Assembly: GCA_036785375.1 (NCBI GenBank)
Contig: JAWMAR010000193.1
Location: 3,224,001 to 3,288,000 of the forward strand
Length of the DNA: 64,000 bases
From: Leucoraja ocellata
Taxonomy: Eukaryota
Reading direction: 5' to 3'
Below are positions 1 through 12,358 of the stretch, piece after piece (position 1 is the stretch's first letter; each line of letters begins with the position of its first letter). The notes beneath the pieces were generated by a model that did not search any database, had not been told where the DNA came from, and worked only from the letters and a program-made list of their open reading frames with translations. Made by a program: the position numbers and the translations under genes.

Positions 1-45
1 CTGTCTGACCCGCTGAGTTACTCGAGCACTTTTGTGTATTTTGTT
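1..45 (+). mobile_element. Penelope-like terminal repeat fragment (truncated by window edge)
   Basis: ctgacccgctgagttactc.agcac matches the family motif seen about 20 times in the window. Confidence 0.6.
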
Positions 46-1404
46 CTATGGTGAGATACCCAAAATCACAGCATTATAGAAAGAAAGTGCCCTATAATGG
101 GCTTTCGGCCCATTGTGTACATGCTGCCAGATACAAAAATATTAATTCTAATGCCATTTCCAAGTTTGTAGTTTCATAAACCTGCAGGTTACATAACTCA
201 GATATTCACTGAGTGGCCAAGTTCATCTCGCATTCAGAAACCGTTAGAGTTTCTTACAAATTTACTAGGTTTGTTCATCTTTAGTACTTTTCTGCTCCTT
301 ATGGATGTTTGCCAACCGAACCACCTAATTTCAGCAGGAGACACCCTCTTCATGGGAGAAATCCTATCGAAATCTCAAGCTGCAATACTAATGACCCTTG
401 TTGATACTGAAAATGGTCAGAGTTATGGAAAAAATCAAATGATGTTCCGTTGCTCCTCAATGAACCAGAAAGAAAACAGGCCAAATTAATCATTGTTCAT
501 TGCTGCTCATTTTACTCTCAAGCTGCAAAACTTTGAAATGCCTTACTTATGCTACCACAGCCTACAAGCAAAACTAAAGCCTGACATGCCTAACCAATAC
601 TTCTCAGTTTCTTTCCTACCATTTGTGTGCAAAGGAGCCACAATGCATCACCTAGTCAGCTAAATCTTAAAGTTGTGATATTTTTGGTTGTAAAATCTAC
701 ATTCAACTTCCTCATTCGAAAATAACTGCAATAGGTATTGGTTCACCAACAAGTTCATTATCTCCTAAAAGACTTTGGATTAAAAACAACGATAAATATT
801 AAGTGCAAGTACATTTGCAGAGCCGAGTAACACTGCATAGCATCCATTAAATTGCATTATTGTCATGGAAATACACGTTTGCATTTATGTCATGTTGTGA
901 AAGACCTATTTGCAGCTGGCAATGAGAACTGTTGATCGCAAACGAGAACACAGAAAATAAACAGTATTCCCCTTTGGTGAAAATATATGTAGCAACACAA
1001 GTAGATTTCTTCTTCACTTATATGACACATGGTTTAGAATTTAATCTTTGTTTGAGAAAATGATTACAAATCATAATTTTTAAGCTGTCAGAATTCCCCT
1101 TTGTACAGTGTATCATCTGAGCTTAGTAAACTATTTCACAGTTCCTCATTCTACAGGACCATGCTCTGGTCAACACATTTGTTGCAAAGTAAATACATAT
1201 AATCTTTACAAAACACAGTGGAACCTCATCTATACTATATAACATTGATGAATTCAATAGATCGGCTTCCAGTTATTTGATTCATAGGAATGTGGATATC
1301 ATAGGCAAGATCGGTATTTACTGTTGATCTTTAATTGCCCCAATTTCAATTGACCTCCTTTAAAGACCTATAGATTTCTTAAGTGAAGTTGGCAATTTAC
1401 TTTC

Positions 1405-1568
1405 CCTTCGGCCCAACTTGCCCATGCCTGCCGAGATACACCATCTAACCTAGTCTCATTTGACTGCATTTGGTCCTAAACCTTTCGTATTCATGTACCT
1501 GTCCAAGTGTTTTTTTTAAATGCTGTTATAGGATCTGCCTCAACTACCTCCTCTGGCAGCTCTTTCCA
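1405..1568 (-). mobile_element. CR1 LINE 3' fragment
   Basis: Reverse complement matches the CR1 3' end at 12150-12330 (ttgggccgaaggg). Confidence 0.75.
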
Positions 1569-1675
1569 TGACCCACCCAGAGAATCAGATTTTTTTACAA
1601 CAGTCCAGTATGTTAATGTTCACCATTACAGGCAGCAGCTTTATTTTATTTCTGATATTATTTATGTACTTTTTC

Positions 1676-2079
1676 CATTTCCATTGACAAACTGTACACT
1701 GCAAGGGACAGGAAGCGAGCAGGTAAGATCATCTCTGACCCCTCTCTCCCTGGCCACAAACTCTTTGAAGCACTTCTGTCTGGAAGATGACTCCGGACTG
1801 TTAAAGCCTCCACAGGCAGACATAAAAACCCTTTTTTTTCCACGAGTAGTACCTCTACTCAATAACCAAAAGTCTGTAGTCTCATTTTGCTCTGGTATTT
1901 TATTTCATTCACATGTTTAAACTATAATGTTTTATTATTAATGTTTAATGTTTTATGTGTCATTCTTAATTATTACTGTATGTCGTGTGGTTACTTTCGA
2001 GTGGAGCAACAAGACAAATTCCTTGTATGTGTACATACATGGCCAATAAACCTATTAATGCATTCATTCATTCATTCAT
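1676..2079 (+). mobile_element. Rex1/Babar LINE 3' end
   Basis: Collinear with 52100-52500; ends ggccaataaa then (ttca)n. Confidence 0.8.
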
Positions 2080-3336
2080 TACGCTTATAGTGGAATTTCA
2101 ACGTGTATTGCTGGATCAAACAACAAGGTTTAGTTCAGCACTAGAAAATTATAAGAAAATAAAGATGTTGGACATCTGAAAAAAGAATATAAAATTGCTG
2201 CAAATATTCAGCAGGTCCGGCAGCGTGTTTTGTGAGAAAACAGACTCCTTCCAATAATAAAAAGAGTCAGCAAAGCAATCAATGCAAATACACAATAGCC
2301 ATCTGGGTAACTTGGAAAGGTAGACCGTGGAAACACAGATATGAATCCAATTAAACACATTTCTGGAGAGTGGTTTAAGAGATGGTGAGAGCATCAGCCT
2401 GATATATCACATTGATACTGACATATTTGGCCTGACAAAATCGGATATATTTTGACTCATCTGCCTGTACATGATCCATATTCCACTGTTACCTGCACTT
2501 CCATGTCTAAAAACCGCTTAAACACCACTATGTTGATCGAGTTTTGCAACATGCTTCTGTAGGTATATGCTTCTCTAGGTATATATCGCAGTCTTCAGAA
2601 ATAAAACAACATTTATTTAGTTCACTCAAGAGAGAGCATGTTTTTCTCAACCCAAATTGTTCCTGATCTGAGAGATTTTCTTCACAATTTCAAAGGGTAG
2701 TTCAGATCAACCATGTTACTGCAGGACTGGGCAGCATATAGTACATATATAGCAAATGTTCTCCCCAAAAAACATTAACATAAACAACCAGATGTGCCTT
2801 GAGGATAATCTAAGTTACTGGTCACTATTGCTGCTGGCAACCTTTTAGATTACAGATTTATTTACTTAAACAAATTTAAAATTTCCTGCTGCCAAGGGTA
2901 GATTCAACTCATGGTTCCATATTATTAGCGTAGGATTCTGGATCATTGTTTGAAACTATCCCTCATGCTTCCTCAAAACTAGGGGAACTTTTTCTTCAGA
3001 GAAATATCCTTGTTGGGAAATGTTGCACCATTTTGAACCATTCTGTTTATATGAAGCATCGGATTACATCAAGCTTGCACCATATATTATTTTAAAGGTT
3101 CCATCTATATTTAGAGCTCAATTACGTTAATTATCATTTTACTGTGGTCAGGGGTTGGAAACGATTATATTCCTGGCTGGAGATGGATGATGATAAACAT
3201 TTGTACGTGAATTGGAATGAGTCTTTGATCCTATGGTTGTATAACTTATACAGTGCAACCTTATTATTACAAGCACTGTTATTTCAGACCTTTGATTGTA
3301 ACAGACTATTTCCTTCATCTCTGAGCAGTACCTGAT

Positions 3337-3595
3337 TAGGGCTGCCAATCCTCCAGAATTTGATCCAGAGTTTCCAAGAACTGAAGATTCATTCCATGGA
3401 CCCATCTGTGAGCACCCCAGGAGTGAAAACATAAGGGTCTTAAAAATGTGTGTTATTTTTTTAAAAATTGCACAATTTTGATGATTAGGCATAAAATCAT
3501 TGGAGAAAAGGATAAAAGGTTGTTTGGCTGGATAGATGTAAGAGGCCATGCAATAAACCCTCCGGGAATTCATCCAATCAGAGTTGGCAACTCTG
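3337..3595. mobile_element. Old hAT-like MITE
   Basis: Termini tagggctgcca / tggcaactctg (consensus TAGGGTTGCCA); flanks tacctgat / gacttgat match 6/8, consistent with a decayed 8-bp TSD. Confidence 0.6.
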
Positions 3596-3661
3596 GACTT
3601 GATAGTCAGAAAACAGAGCTCACGCATAAATCAAATAGATATCCTAACAATGGAAACTATT

Positions 3662-3791
3662 GAAACAAGGATCTGCAGGCACTCGGTTACAAAAAAAAAG
3701 GCACGGTGCTGGAGTAACTCAGTGGGTCAGGCAGCATCCTTAGAGAACATGCATAGGTGGCATTTCGGGTCGGGACCCTTCTTCAGACTGA
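3662..3791 (-). mobile_element. Penelope-like terminal repeat with hammerhead motif
   Basis: gctggagtaactcagtgggtcaggcagcatc...tttcgggtcgggacccttcttcagact. Confidence 0.75.
3756..3789 (-). ncRNA. Minimal hammerhead ribozyme motif, cleavage triplet mutated
   Basis: Minus strand reads AGU-CUGAAGA-A-GGGUC-CC-GACCC-GAAA-UGCC-ACC; core boxes and stem II intact, GUC changed to GCC. Confidence 0.6.
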
Positions 3792-4855
3792 AGATTGATA
3801 GAAGATTGGCTGACTGGCAGAAGGTAAAGAGTGGGAATAAATTGTGGCTTTTCTGTTTGTCTGCCGGTGTCTGGTGCTGTTCCGCAAGGGTCGCTGTTGG
3901 ATCCGCTACTTTTCACATAATACGTTGATGTTCTAGATGACTGAATTGATAGCTTTGTGGCAAGTTTGTGGAAAGGGGCAGGTAGTGCTGAGGAGGTAGG
4001 GAGTTGGCAGAAGGACTTGGACAGGTTGGGAAAGTGGGAAGTGGTAAATGGAATGCTGCACAGCAAAGTTTTCGTAGTAAATAAAAAATAAAGGTGTAGA
4101 TTACTTTCTAAATGGTGAGAGGATTCAGAAATTGGAGGTGCAAAGTGACTTGGGTGTGCTGATGCGGGATTCCCAAATGGTTGACTTGCAGGTTGAGTCG
4201 GTGGTAAGAAAGGCAAATGCAATGTTAGCATTCATTTTGCAGGAACTAGAATATAAAAGCAAGGATGTAATGCTAAGGCTTGATAATGTATTGGTGAGGC
4301 CACATTTGGAATATTGTGAGAATTTTTGGGCCCTACAGTATTTGAGGAAGGATGTGTTGACATTGGAAATGGTCAATGAAAGGTTACGAGAATGATCCCA
4401 TGGATGTTTGGGTTAATGTATGAGGATCTTGTAATAGCTCTGAGCTTGTACGTGCTGGCGTTTAGAAGGATGAGGGAGGGATCTCATTGAAACCAAGCAA
4501 ATAATGAAAGGCCTAGAAAGAGTGGATGTGGGAAGGATGTTTCCAGTAATGGGAGGGTCTAAAACCAGAGGACACAGCCTCAGAATAAAGGGATGTCTCT
4601 TTGAAATGGAGATGAAGAGGAATACCTTTAGCCAGAGGGTGGGGAATCTGAGAAATTCATTGCCACAGACAGCTGTGGAGGCCAAGACATGGGGTACCTT
4701 TAAAGTGGACATTGTTAGGTTCTTGATTAGTAAGGACATCAAAGATTCCAAGGAGAAGGCTAGATAATGGGATTGCGAGGGAATTGCCACGATTGAATGG
4801 TGGAGTAGACACGAGTGGTCAAATGGCCTAATGCTGCTCCTCTGTCTTAAGGTCT
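3792..4855 (+). mobile_element. CR1 LINE, degraded 3' part of ORF2 and 3' UTR
   Basis: ORF remnants DLGVL..., LVRPHLEYC..FW, TRGHSLRIKG, FSQRV.NL.NSLP. Confidence 0.9.
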
Positions 4856-5050
4856 TAAACCTCCTCTTAGGGTTCACCTTTCCTGCTAATTAATGGTATA
4901 TCTATTGGAATGTCCAAACAAATACATAGGATTTCGGCAAATGTGTTTCTTTCAAACACTAATGATACAATCCTAAAACTAAGGCAACCATGGATATTTA
5001 GAAGAGGTGAAAGTCAGCACAGTGTCACAAGAATAACCCAAAGGCATAAC

Positions 5051-5403
5051 TAGTGGAGTGGCTACCTCACAGTGCCAAAGATCTGAGTTCAATTCTGACC
5101 TTTAGTACCGTCTCTGTGGAGTTTGCACGTTCTTTCTGTAATGTTGTGGGTTTGCTCTGGTTGCTTAGTTTTCCTCCCACATCCTAAAGAAGTGTGGGTT
5201 GGTAGATTAATTGACCACTGTAACTTGGGCCTAGTGTGTAGTTGAGTGGTAGAATCTGGAGTGGGGTGGGATGGGAGAGGCTGATGATAATGTGAAGAGA
5301 ATAAAGAATGGAATTAATGTAGGACAAGTATAAATGGGTGGCTGATGATCACTGCGGCATGATGGTATGAAAGGCCTGTTTCTGTGCTGTATCTCTCTAT
5401 AAC
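5051..5403 (+). mobile_element. HE1/V-SINE-type SINE
   Basis: tRNA-like head, tgtggagtttgcacgttct core, CR1-type tail ggcctgtttctgtgctgtat. Confidence 0.8.
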
Positions 5404-5711
5404 TGGGGTTAAAAGGGACATCTACATTTGTTAAATTGTATGAATGGAGGCTGAAAAACATGTATATAAAAGGGTCCATACTGAGAGTGATTTGGTGTCT
5501 GGACAAAAGAAAAGCCACAAGCCAATTTATGAAATCCAGGTGCTAAAGCCCCTTTGACATCAAAACTGTTAACACTAAATAATAACATAAAGGGTAATTA
5601 AATGATTAACTGTGACTTCAAATGGAATTGATAAATCACTTGAACAGCTCAGTCTGGTGGTTTATTACCCTGCAGAAAACACTTAGATTGTAATTGTTGC
5701 AACTTACTCTG

Positions 5712-6358
5712 AACATGGAACATACAGCATAGAACAGTGTCAGCACAGGACCAGGCCCCACAGCCCACAATGTCTGTGGCAAACATAATGCCAAGTTAAA
5801 CTAATCTCCCCAAACTGCATGTGATCCACATCCCTCCGTTCCATGCATATCCATATGCCTATCAAAATTATTTTAAATACCACTATTGAATCTACCTCCA
5901 ACACTACCTTAGGCAGCACATTCCAGGCACTCACCACTCTGTAAAAAAGAACTTGTCCAGCACATTTTGACCACCTACCCTATCCATAGCTTTCATAATA
6001 TTTTACACTCTATCAGGTCTCCCCTCAACCTCCGACATTCCAGAGAAAACAATTCAAGTTTGTCCAACTTCTCCCGATAGCTAATCCCCTCTAGTCCAGG
6101 CAGTATTCTTGTAAACCTTGTCTGCATCCCCTACAAAGTTCCCACATCCTTCCTGTAATTGCGTGACTAGAACTGCTCACTGTAGTTCAAATGCGCCGTT
6201 ACCAAAGAACTATAAAGTTGATATCCTGACTCTTATATTCAATGCCCCAAACAATGAAGGCAAGCATACCATACACTTTCTTTATAACTCTATCTACTTG
6301 TATTACATCTTACAGGGAGTTATGGACTTGGGCCCCAAGATCCCCGTACATCAATGTT
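5712..6358 (-). mobile_element. CR1 LINE 3' fragment, older
   Basis: Minus ORF VSAWNVLPKVVLE; CR1 3' UTR. Confidence 0.8.
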
Positions 6359-6838
6359 GTTTTACTAGAATGTTGCCTGGGTTTCAGCAACTAAGTTACA
6401 GATAAAGGTTGAACAAGTTAGGGCTTTATTCTTTGGAGCGCAGAAGGTTAAGGGGGGACTTGATAGAGGTTTTTAAAATGATGAGAGGGATAGACAGAGT
6501 TGACGTGGAAAAGCTTTTCCCACTGAGAGTAGGGAAGATTCAAACAAGGGGACATGACTTGAGAATTAAGGGACTGAAGTTTAGGGGTAACATGAGGGGG
6601 AACCTATTTACTCAGAGAGTGGTAGCTGTGTGGAATGAGCTTCCAGTGAAGGTGGTGGAGGCAGGTTCGTTTTTATCATTTAAAAATAAATTGGATAGTT
6701 ATATGGATGGGAAGGGAATGGAGGGTTATGGTCTGAGCGCAGGTATATGGGACTAGGGGAGATTATGTGTTCGGCACGGACTAGAAGGGTCGAGATGGCC
6801 TGTTTCCGTGCTGTAATTGTTATATGGTTATATGGTTG
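6359..6838 (+). mobile_element. Young CR1 LINE 3' end with (ttatatgg)n tail, nested in an older CR1
   Basis: ORF 6409-6756 LGLYSLERRRLRGDLIEVFKMM; very similar to 16620-17095. Confidence 0.9.
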
Positions 6839-7456
6839 TTGGGGGTCTTGCCAGAAGTGTCTCTCATGTACTACTACCAAGCAGAATCTACCCAAGTAGG
6901 TCAGATATTTGCCATGGGTATCATTGACAACCCTAAAGCCTTCCTGGAATTCACAATATTCGCTCATCAAAAGCAAAACATAAATATCAATTTAAAAAAG
7001 ACAAATATTTACCTAAGAGAGGATAAGTGCAGAGTCTGTTCGCAGAATGTTAATATGCAGCTTGAAATAAAAGAGCTCTTCTTTTGCAGTGTGTCATGGA
7101 TTCCATTGTATTTTTTTTAAATTACATGTTACTCTGGACAATGTTTGTTCTCCCATTTTTCCTGCTTTCTATACAACAGTTACTATGTAATTTGGAGTCA
7201 CATACTTGCTGAAAAAACACTGTAATAAATGAAGTGTTCGGCATGCTGAATATATGCTTTGTATAATTACAATGCAGGGAAATTATTATCTAGACCATCC
7301 TTCACAGTTCACTGAAGTTCACCAGCATGAGCAGTGGAGCAGAAGGGAAAGGAAGGTGTATGTTTCCTGCTTGCAAATTGATGGTGGTGGTAAAAATCCA
7401 AATAGATTTGACATGCATTTCAGACCCAGTAGATAATGCTAATATTTAGTTTTTAG

Positions 7457-7646
7457 TCACAAAAAGCTGGAGTAACTCAGCGGGTCAGGCAGCATCTCTG
7501 GAGAAAAGGAATAGGTGATGTTTCAGGATGAGACCCAAAATGTCACCTATTCCTTTTCTCCTGAGATGCGGCCTGACCCGCTGAGTTCCTCCAGCTTTTT
7601 ATGTTCATTTTCAGCTTAAACCAGCATCTTCAGTTCCTTCCTACAC
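7457..7646. mobile_element. Fold-back Penelope-like terminal element
   Basis: Inverted arms (gctggagtaactcagcgggtcagg / cctgacccgctgagttcctccagc); flanks tatttagtttttag / tctttcgtttttag match 12/14. Confidence 0.8.
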
Positions 7647-8407
7647 TCTTTCGTTTTTAGGTTTATTATAGTTGCATGTATCAAGGTACAGTGAAATGCT
7701 TTGTTTGGCATACTATTCAAACAGTACCCATATGTACCATACATAAATACAATCAAGTCAAATTCAAGTACAATAGATAGAACAAAGGGGAAGTTACAGA
7801 GTTCAGAATATAGTTCTGAACATTGTAACACATCAGATCCATAGACAAAGTCCAATGGGGTAGAGGTGAATGAGACAGTACCCTAGCTTATGTACAGATT
7901 GGTCTGCAGCCTGATGACAGAGGAAATAAGTTGTCCCTGGATCTGGTAGTGTGTGCTTTCAAATTTCTGTACGTTCTGCTGGACGGTAAGTGGGAAGAAG
8001 ACATAAGTATTTTATTATCTTGGTTGCTTTTCCGAAGCAGTATGAAATGTAGCTGGAGTCAATGGTGGGATGTCTGATCTGAGTGATGGACTGGGCTACA
8101 TTTATAACTCTCTGCAATTTCTTGTGGTCCTGGGCAGAACAGTGTCCAACCTGACAGTATGCATTTTATGGTGCATCTGTAGAAGTTTGTAAGAGTCATT
8201 GGAGACATGCCAAATTTCCTCAGTCTCCATAGGAAGTAGAGGAGTTAGTGTGCCTTCTTGGCTGTCTCACCAATGTTGCTATTCCACGACAGGTCATTAG
8301 TAATTAATGCCAAGAAACTTGAAGCTCTCAGCCATCTCCACTGCGGCAACATTAATGTCGATTGGGGCATGGACTCTACCATGCTTCCTGAAGTCTATAA
8401 TTAATTC

Positions 8408-8985
8408 GAAGATAGACACAAAAAGCTGGAGTAACTCAGCGGGACCGGAAGCATCTTTGGAGAGATGGAATGGGTGGCGTTTTGGGTCGAGATCCTTCTT
8501 CAGACTGGTTAGGGATAAGGGAAATATGAGATATAGACGATGGTGTAGAGAGATAAGTCACGTCAAGAGAGTTTATTGTCATGTGTCCCAGATAGGACAA
8601 TGAAATTCTTGCTTGCTGCAGCACAACAGAATATTGTAGGCATAAATACAGATTAGATCAGATCAGTGTGACCATATACCATAGACTCTATACATATACA
8701 CACATAAATAAACAGATAAAGTGCAATAGGCTGTTATAGTTCAGAGTTTGTTGAAGTTGTGTTTAATAGTCTGATGGCTGTGGGGAAGGAGCTGTTCCTG
8801 AACCTGGATGTTGCAGATTTCAGGCTCCTGTACCTTCTACCTGATGGCAGCAGAGAGATGAGTGTGTGGCCAGGATCGTGTGGGTCCTTGATGATGCTGG
8901 CAGCCTTTTTGAGGCCTTGATGATGCTGGCAGCCTTTTTGAGGTGCAAAAAAGTAACGATGATAAAGGAAACAGGCCATTGTTAG
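8408..8985 (-). mobile_element. Penelope-like 3' fragment split by a Rex1 insertion
   Basis: Family motif at 8408-8510; sequence resumes at 8944 and resembles 24820-24870. Confidence 0.7.
8557..8943 (-). mobile_element. Rex1/Babar LINE 3' end
   Basis: Minus [28 protein letters not shown], the Rex1 C-terminal motif also seen in 55291-56073. Confidence 0.85.
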
Positions 8986-9574
8986 TCCTTCATCTTACTG
9001 ATATTGAGGGAGTGGTTATATCCCTGATACCATATCATTAAATTCTGTATCTCCTTCCTGTACACAATCTCGTCATTGTTCGTGATTCGTCCCACCACAG
9101 TGGTACTGTTGCAAACCTGTAGATGGAATTAGAGCATGCTATGAAAGAGTGACATTGCATTATAATCTGCCTGCTAAATTGATTCCATATTTTGAAGAGA
9201 GAATACAATACCAACCCCAGGAATGAATGTCTTTGCAATTGTCTTTTGTTTGTTGTATCCAAAGGCAAAGACAAAGTAACGGTGCTCACCTCTGATATTA
9301 AAGAAAACTACTCTAATGATTTAGTAACGTTCAAAAGTTGTATGTCGTGACCAATGTTAGTTGCTATCAGGCATTGCTTCAAAAGAATCTTCGCTGTCCT
9401 GCGGTTATGTTGTCTTCAAACAGAATGAACAGTCAATCAATCAAATTAATTTCACAGCAAACAATACATTTCTAAATCTTCAGTTAATCTGTTGCAGTGA
9501 AATGTTGCTCCAAATAACCTTGAGATATAAATAATTGCTACTATCGACTTAAGCTTTCAAATTAAACAAGGTAC

Positions 9575-10345
9575 TATCTGGCATGCATTACTAAATTGGA
9601 GTTCAGATTGGTCTTTCTTATGAGGTGGTTGGAGTTTAAAAATAAGAAAGTATCATTACAATTGTCCAGGCACTGGTAAGGCCACACTTGGAAAGCTGTG
9701 TATTGTTTTAGACCCCTTTAGTTTAAGTTTAAGTTTAAATTCATTTATAGTCACAGGTACGAGATACAGTGAAAAGGTTTTTTTTTTTTCACAGTATCCA
9801 ATCAAATCAGATAATAAAATCAAGTCAAACTGATGTACAATAGGTAGAGCAAATGAAAAGATACAGACTGCAGGATATAGTTCTCAGCATTGTGGTGCAC
9901 CATAGACAAAGTCCAATGTTGGCAATTGAGTAGTGGTGAATTAAACAGTACCCTAGCTTATGGAAGTACCATTCAAAAGCCTGACACCAGAAATAAAGAA
10001 GCTGGTGGTGTGCGCTTTGAAACTTCTGTATCCTCTATCTTTAGTTAAGAAAGGATATACTGGCAATAGAACCATTTAAAATGAAATGTATTAGGCTGAT
10101 TCTAGGGATGAGAGGATTGCCCTAACATGAGCAGACAAATAAATTAGATCTATATTCTTTGCAGTTCTGTTGAACAAGAGCTGATCATATTGAAACATTT
10201 CTAGCTAAAGTACATGTGGGGGGTGTGCATTTGTAAACTGGGGAAGATTTGTATTGAGGGCAATGTTAAACTGGCAGAGAAGATAAGTTGATCATATTGA
10301 TCAACCCTGATCAGAGTGAATTGTAGAGCAGGCTTGAAGGTGGTC
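9575..10345 (+). mobile_element. Highly degraded CR1 interrupted by a minus-strand Rex1 tail (about 9718-10035)
   Basis: ctggtaaggccacacttggaa (LVRPHLE); CR1 tail relic near 10320-10345. Confidence 0.6.
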
Positions 10346-10379
10346 TATGCCTGCTCTTATGTTCTTATCAAGTACAGCA

Positions 10380-10998
10380 ATGATTAGATTAGTTTAATGT
10401 CACATACACGTTGATGCATTGCAATTCCCAATTCACAGGAAATTCACAGAGTAAGCAGGATACATTCAGAATAATACTACAACAATAAATGCAACGATGA
10501 GTGCAAAGCAGCAGCATGGCACAAGAGTGTAGTGCAATTTGAGGTAGTGCAAAAAAAACAAAACCTAATTAAAGCACATCAGAATAACCGAATGAGGTAG
10601 AGTAAAGACTGAACATGTGGCAGCACCTCCAGAAAAGTGTGTGAATGAAGGGATTGGTTCAGGAGTTGGATAGCAGTGAGCAAGAAGCCATTTAAGCTCC
10701 TGGATTTACTCCTAAAAGGTAGAAGAGAGAAAATGTAATGGCACGGGATACGGGCATCCTTACCGTAATTTCCATCGTTCCGAATGCAACACAGAATGAA
10801 GATGGACTATATGGAAGGAATTGAAAACCTATGACGTATTCACACTCCCTGCAGGTTTAGGCATGCAGAAGGAGAGTAAAGGCCAGAAGAGGCACAAATG
10901 CATTACATCAGAATACTCTATATAGCGCATTGCAGAGGTTTGAGCAAATCTTCATGGACATGCTGAATCTTCTCAGATTTCTGAGAAAGTACAAGCAC
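10380..10998 (-). mobile_element. Degraded Rex1-like LINE
   Basis: Similarity to 7900-8260, e.g. atgctgaatcttctcagatttctgagaaagta. Confidence 0.5.
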
Positions 10999-11075
10999 TG
11001 TGCAGGAATGAACTCCAGATGCTGGTTTACATCAAAGATAGACACAAACTGCTAGAGTAACTCAGCGGGACCCGC
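10999..11075 (-). mobile_element. Penelope-like terminal fragment
   Basis: gaactccagatgctggtttac...agtaactcagcggg. Confidence 0.7.
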
Positions 11076-11321
11076 TCAAGCACATACACTGATGTGCTTG
11101 TAAAATCTGTAATATTATTTGTAATTTAATTGGGCATGGCAATTGTAAAATCAAATGAAGGCAGAGCAACAAAAGCTTTTCACTGTACCTCAGTACACGT
11201 GACAATAAACTAAACTGAACTGTGACAATGTAAATTATATTGAAACATACGAATATATTCTGAAAATATTACCATATACAATTATCCTATTGACTGTGAC
11301 TGTTCATTGTTACAAACATCC

Positions 11322-11534
11322 TGTGGCGGCTCCTAAGGGTCGTGCCATTATACTGCCGAACCCCTCGCCACAGGAGTGGTGCAGTCCGGAGGCGGCCCTT
11401 AGCCGGAGGGTTTAAAAGGCAGGGTTTGGGTGCCATCTTCAGCTGGTTTCGTCTTCCCTTGAACCGGGAGGAATTAAATAAATGTGCTTCTCAACTTCGG
11501 AGTACTTGCCTCATTTTGAGACCCACGCACTACA
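11322..11534 (+). mobile_element. LTR of a Gypsy-type retrotransposon (5' LTR, 213 bp)
   Basis: TGTGGCG...CACTACA termini, tttaaaag TATA-like box, aataaa, immediately followed by a PBS. Confidence 0.8.
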
Positions 11535-11535
11535 T

Positions 11536-11553
11536 TGGTGACCCCGATGTGAT
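11536..11553 (+). promoter_or_regulatory. Primer-binding site complementary to tRNA-Trp
   Basis: TGGTGACCCCGATGTGAT versus the complement of the vertebrate tRNA-Trp 3' end, TGGTGACCCCGACGTGAT (17/18; mismatch at a CpG). Confidence 0.8.
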
Positions 11554-11861
11554 TTTATCAAATTCCTGCATTCTTATGGTTATTAAGTTAAAATAATTAT
11601 AAAATCATGCTTACATTTTTCTATCATTGTATTAATATCTTAATCTTTGGACCTAATGGCACAAACTTTGTTTATAGCAGTGTAGAAATTCTCCCATCAA
11701 TAAATCTTTTATTTAAAATCTGCGTAAAACACAAACTTTTTTGTCATTTCTGCTGGATGGGCTACATTTCCTGAATGTTTAATATGCTCGTAACACTTTT
11801 ATTCTGCTCTTATTTAGCTCTGCCAATAACACACGTGTCCTTTTAAAAAGAGAGAACAATT

Positions 11862-12358
11862 GTCAAGTTGAAAAGGGTGCAGAGAAGATTAATGAGGATG
11901 TTGCCAGGACTCGAGGGCTTGAGCTATAGGAAGAGGTTGAGCAGGCTAGGTCTCTTTTCCTTGGAGCGCAGGAGGATGGGGTGATTTTATAGAGGTGTAT
12001 CAAATCATGAGATGAATAGATCAGGCAGACGCACAGAACATCCTGCCCAGAGTAGGGGAATCAAGAACTGGAGGATATTGGTTTAAGGTGAGGGGGTAAA
12101 GATTCTATAGGAACTTGACGGGTAACTTTTTCACACACAGTGGTCGGTGCATGCTGCTGGCGGAACTAGTTGAGGCAGGTACTATTTCAATGTTTAAGAA
12201 ACATTTGGACAGGTACATGGGATCGGACAGGTTTGGAGGGATATGGGCCAAATGCAGGCAGGTGGGACTAGTGTAGATGGGATATGTTGGCAAGTATAAG
12301 CAAGTTGGGCCGAAGGGCCTGTTTCCACACTGTAGCACTCTATGACTCTATGATTCTA
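11862..12358 (+). mobile_element. CR1 LINE 3' end with (tatgactc)n tail
   Basis: ttgaaaagggtgcagagaagatt...gggccgaagggcctgtttccacactgta. Confidence 0.85.

Larger units (their letters stand above)
7647..9130 (-). mobile_element. Old Rex1/Babar LINE interrupted by nested elements (8408-8985)
   Basis: Rex1-type tail (tttcactgtacc...aataaa on the minus strand); RT remnants at 8200-8400 and 8985-9125. Confidence 0.7.
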
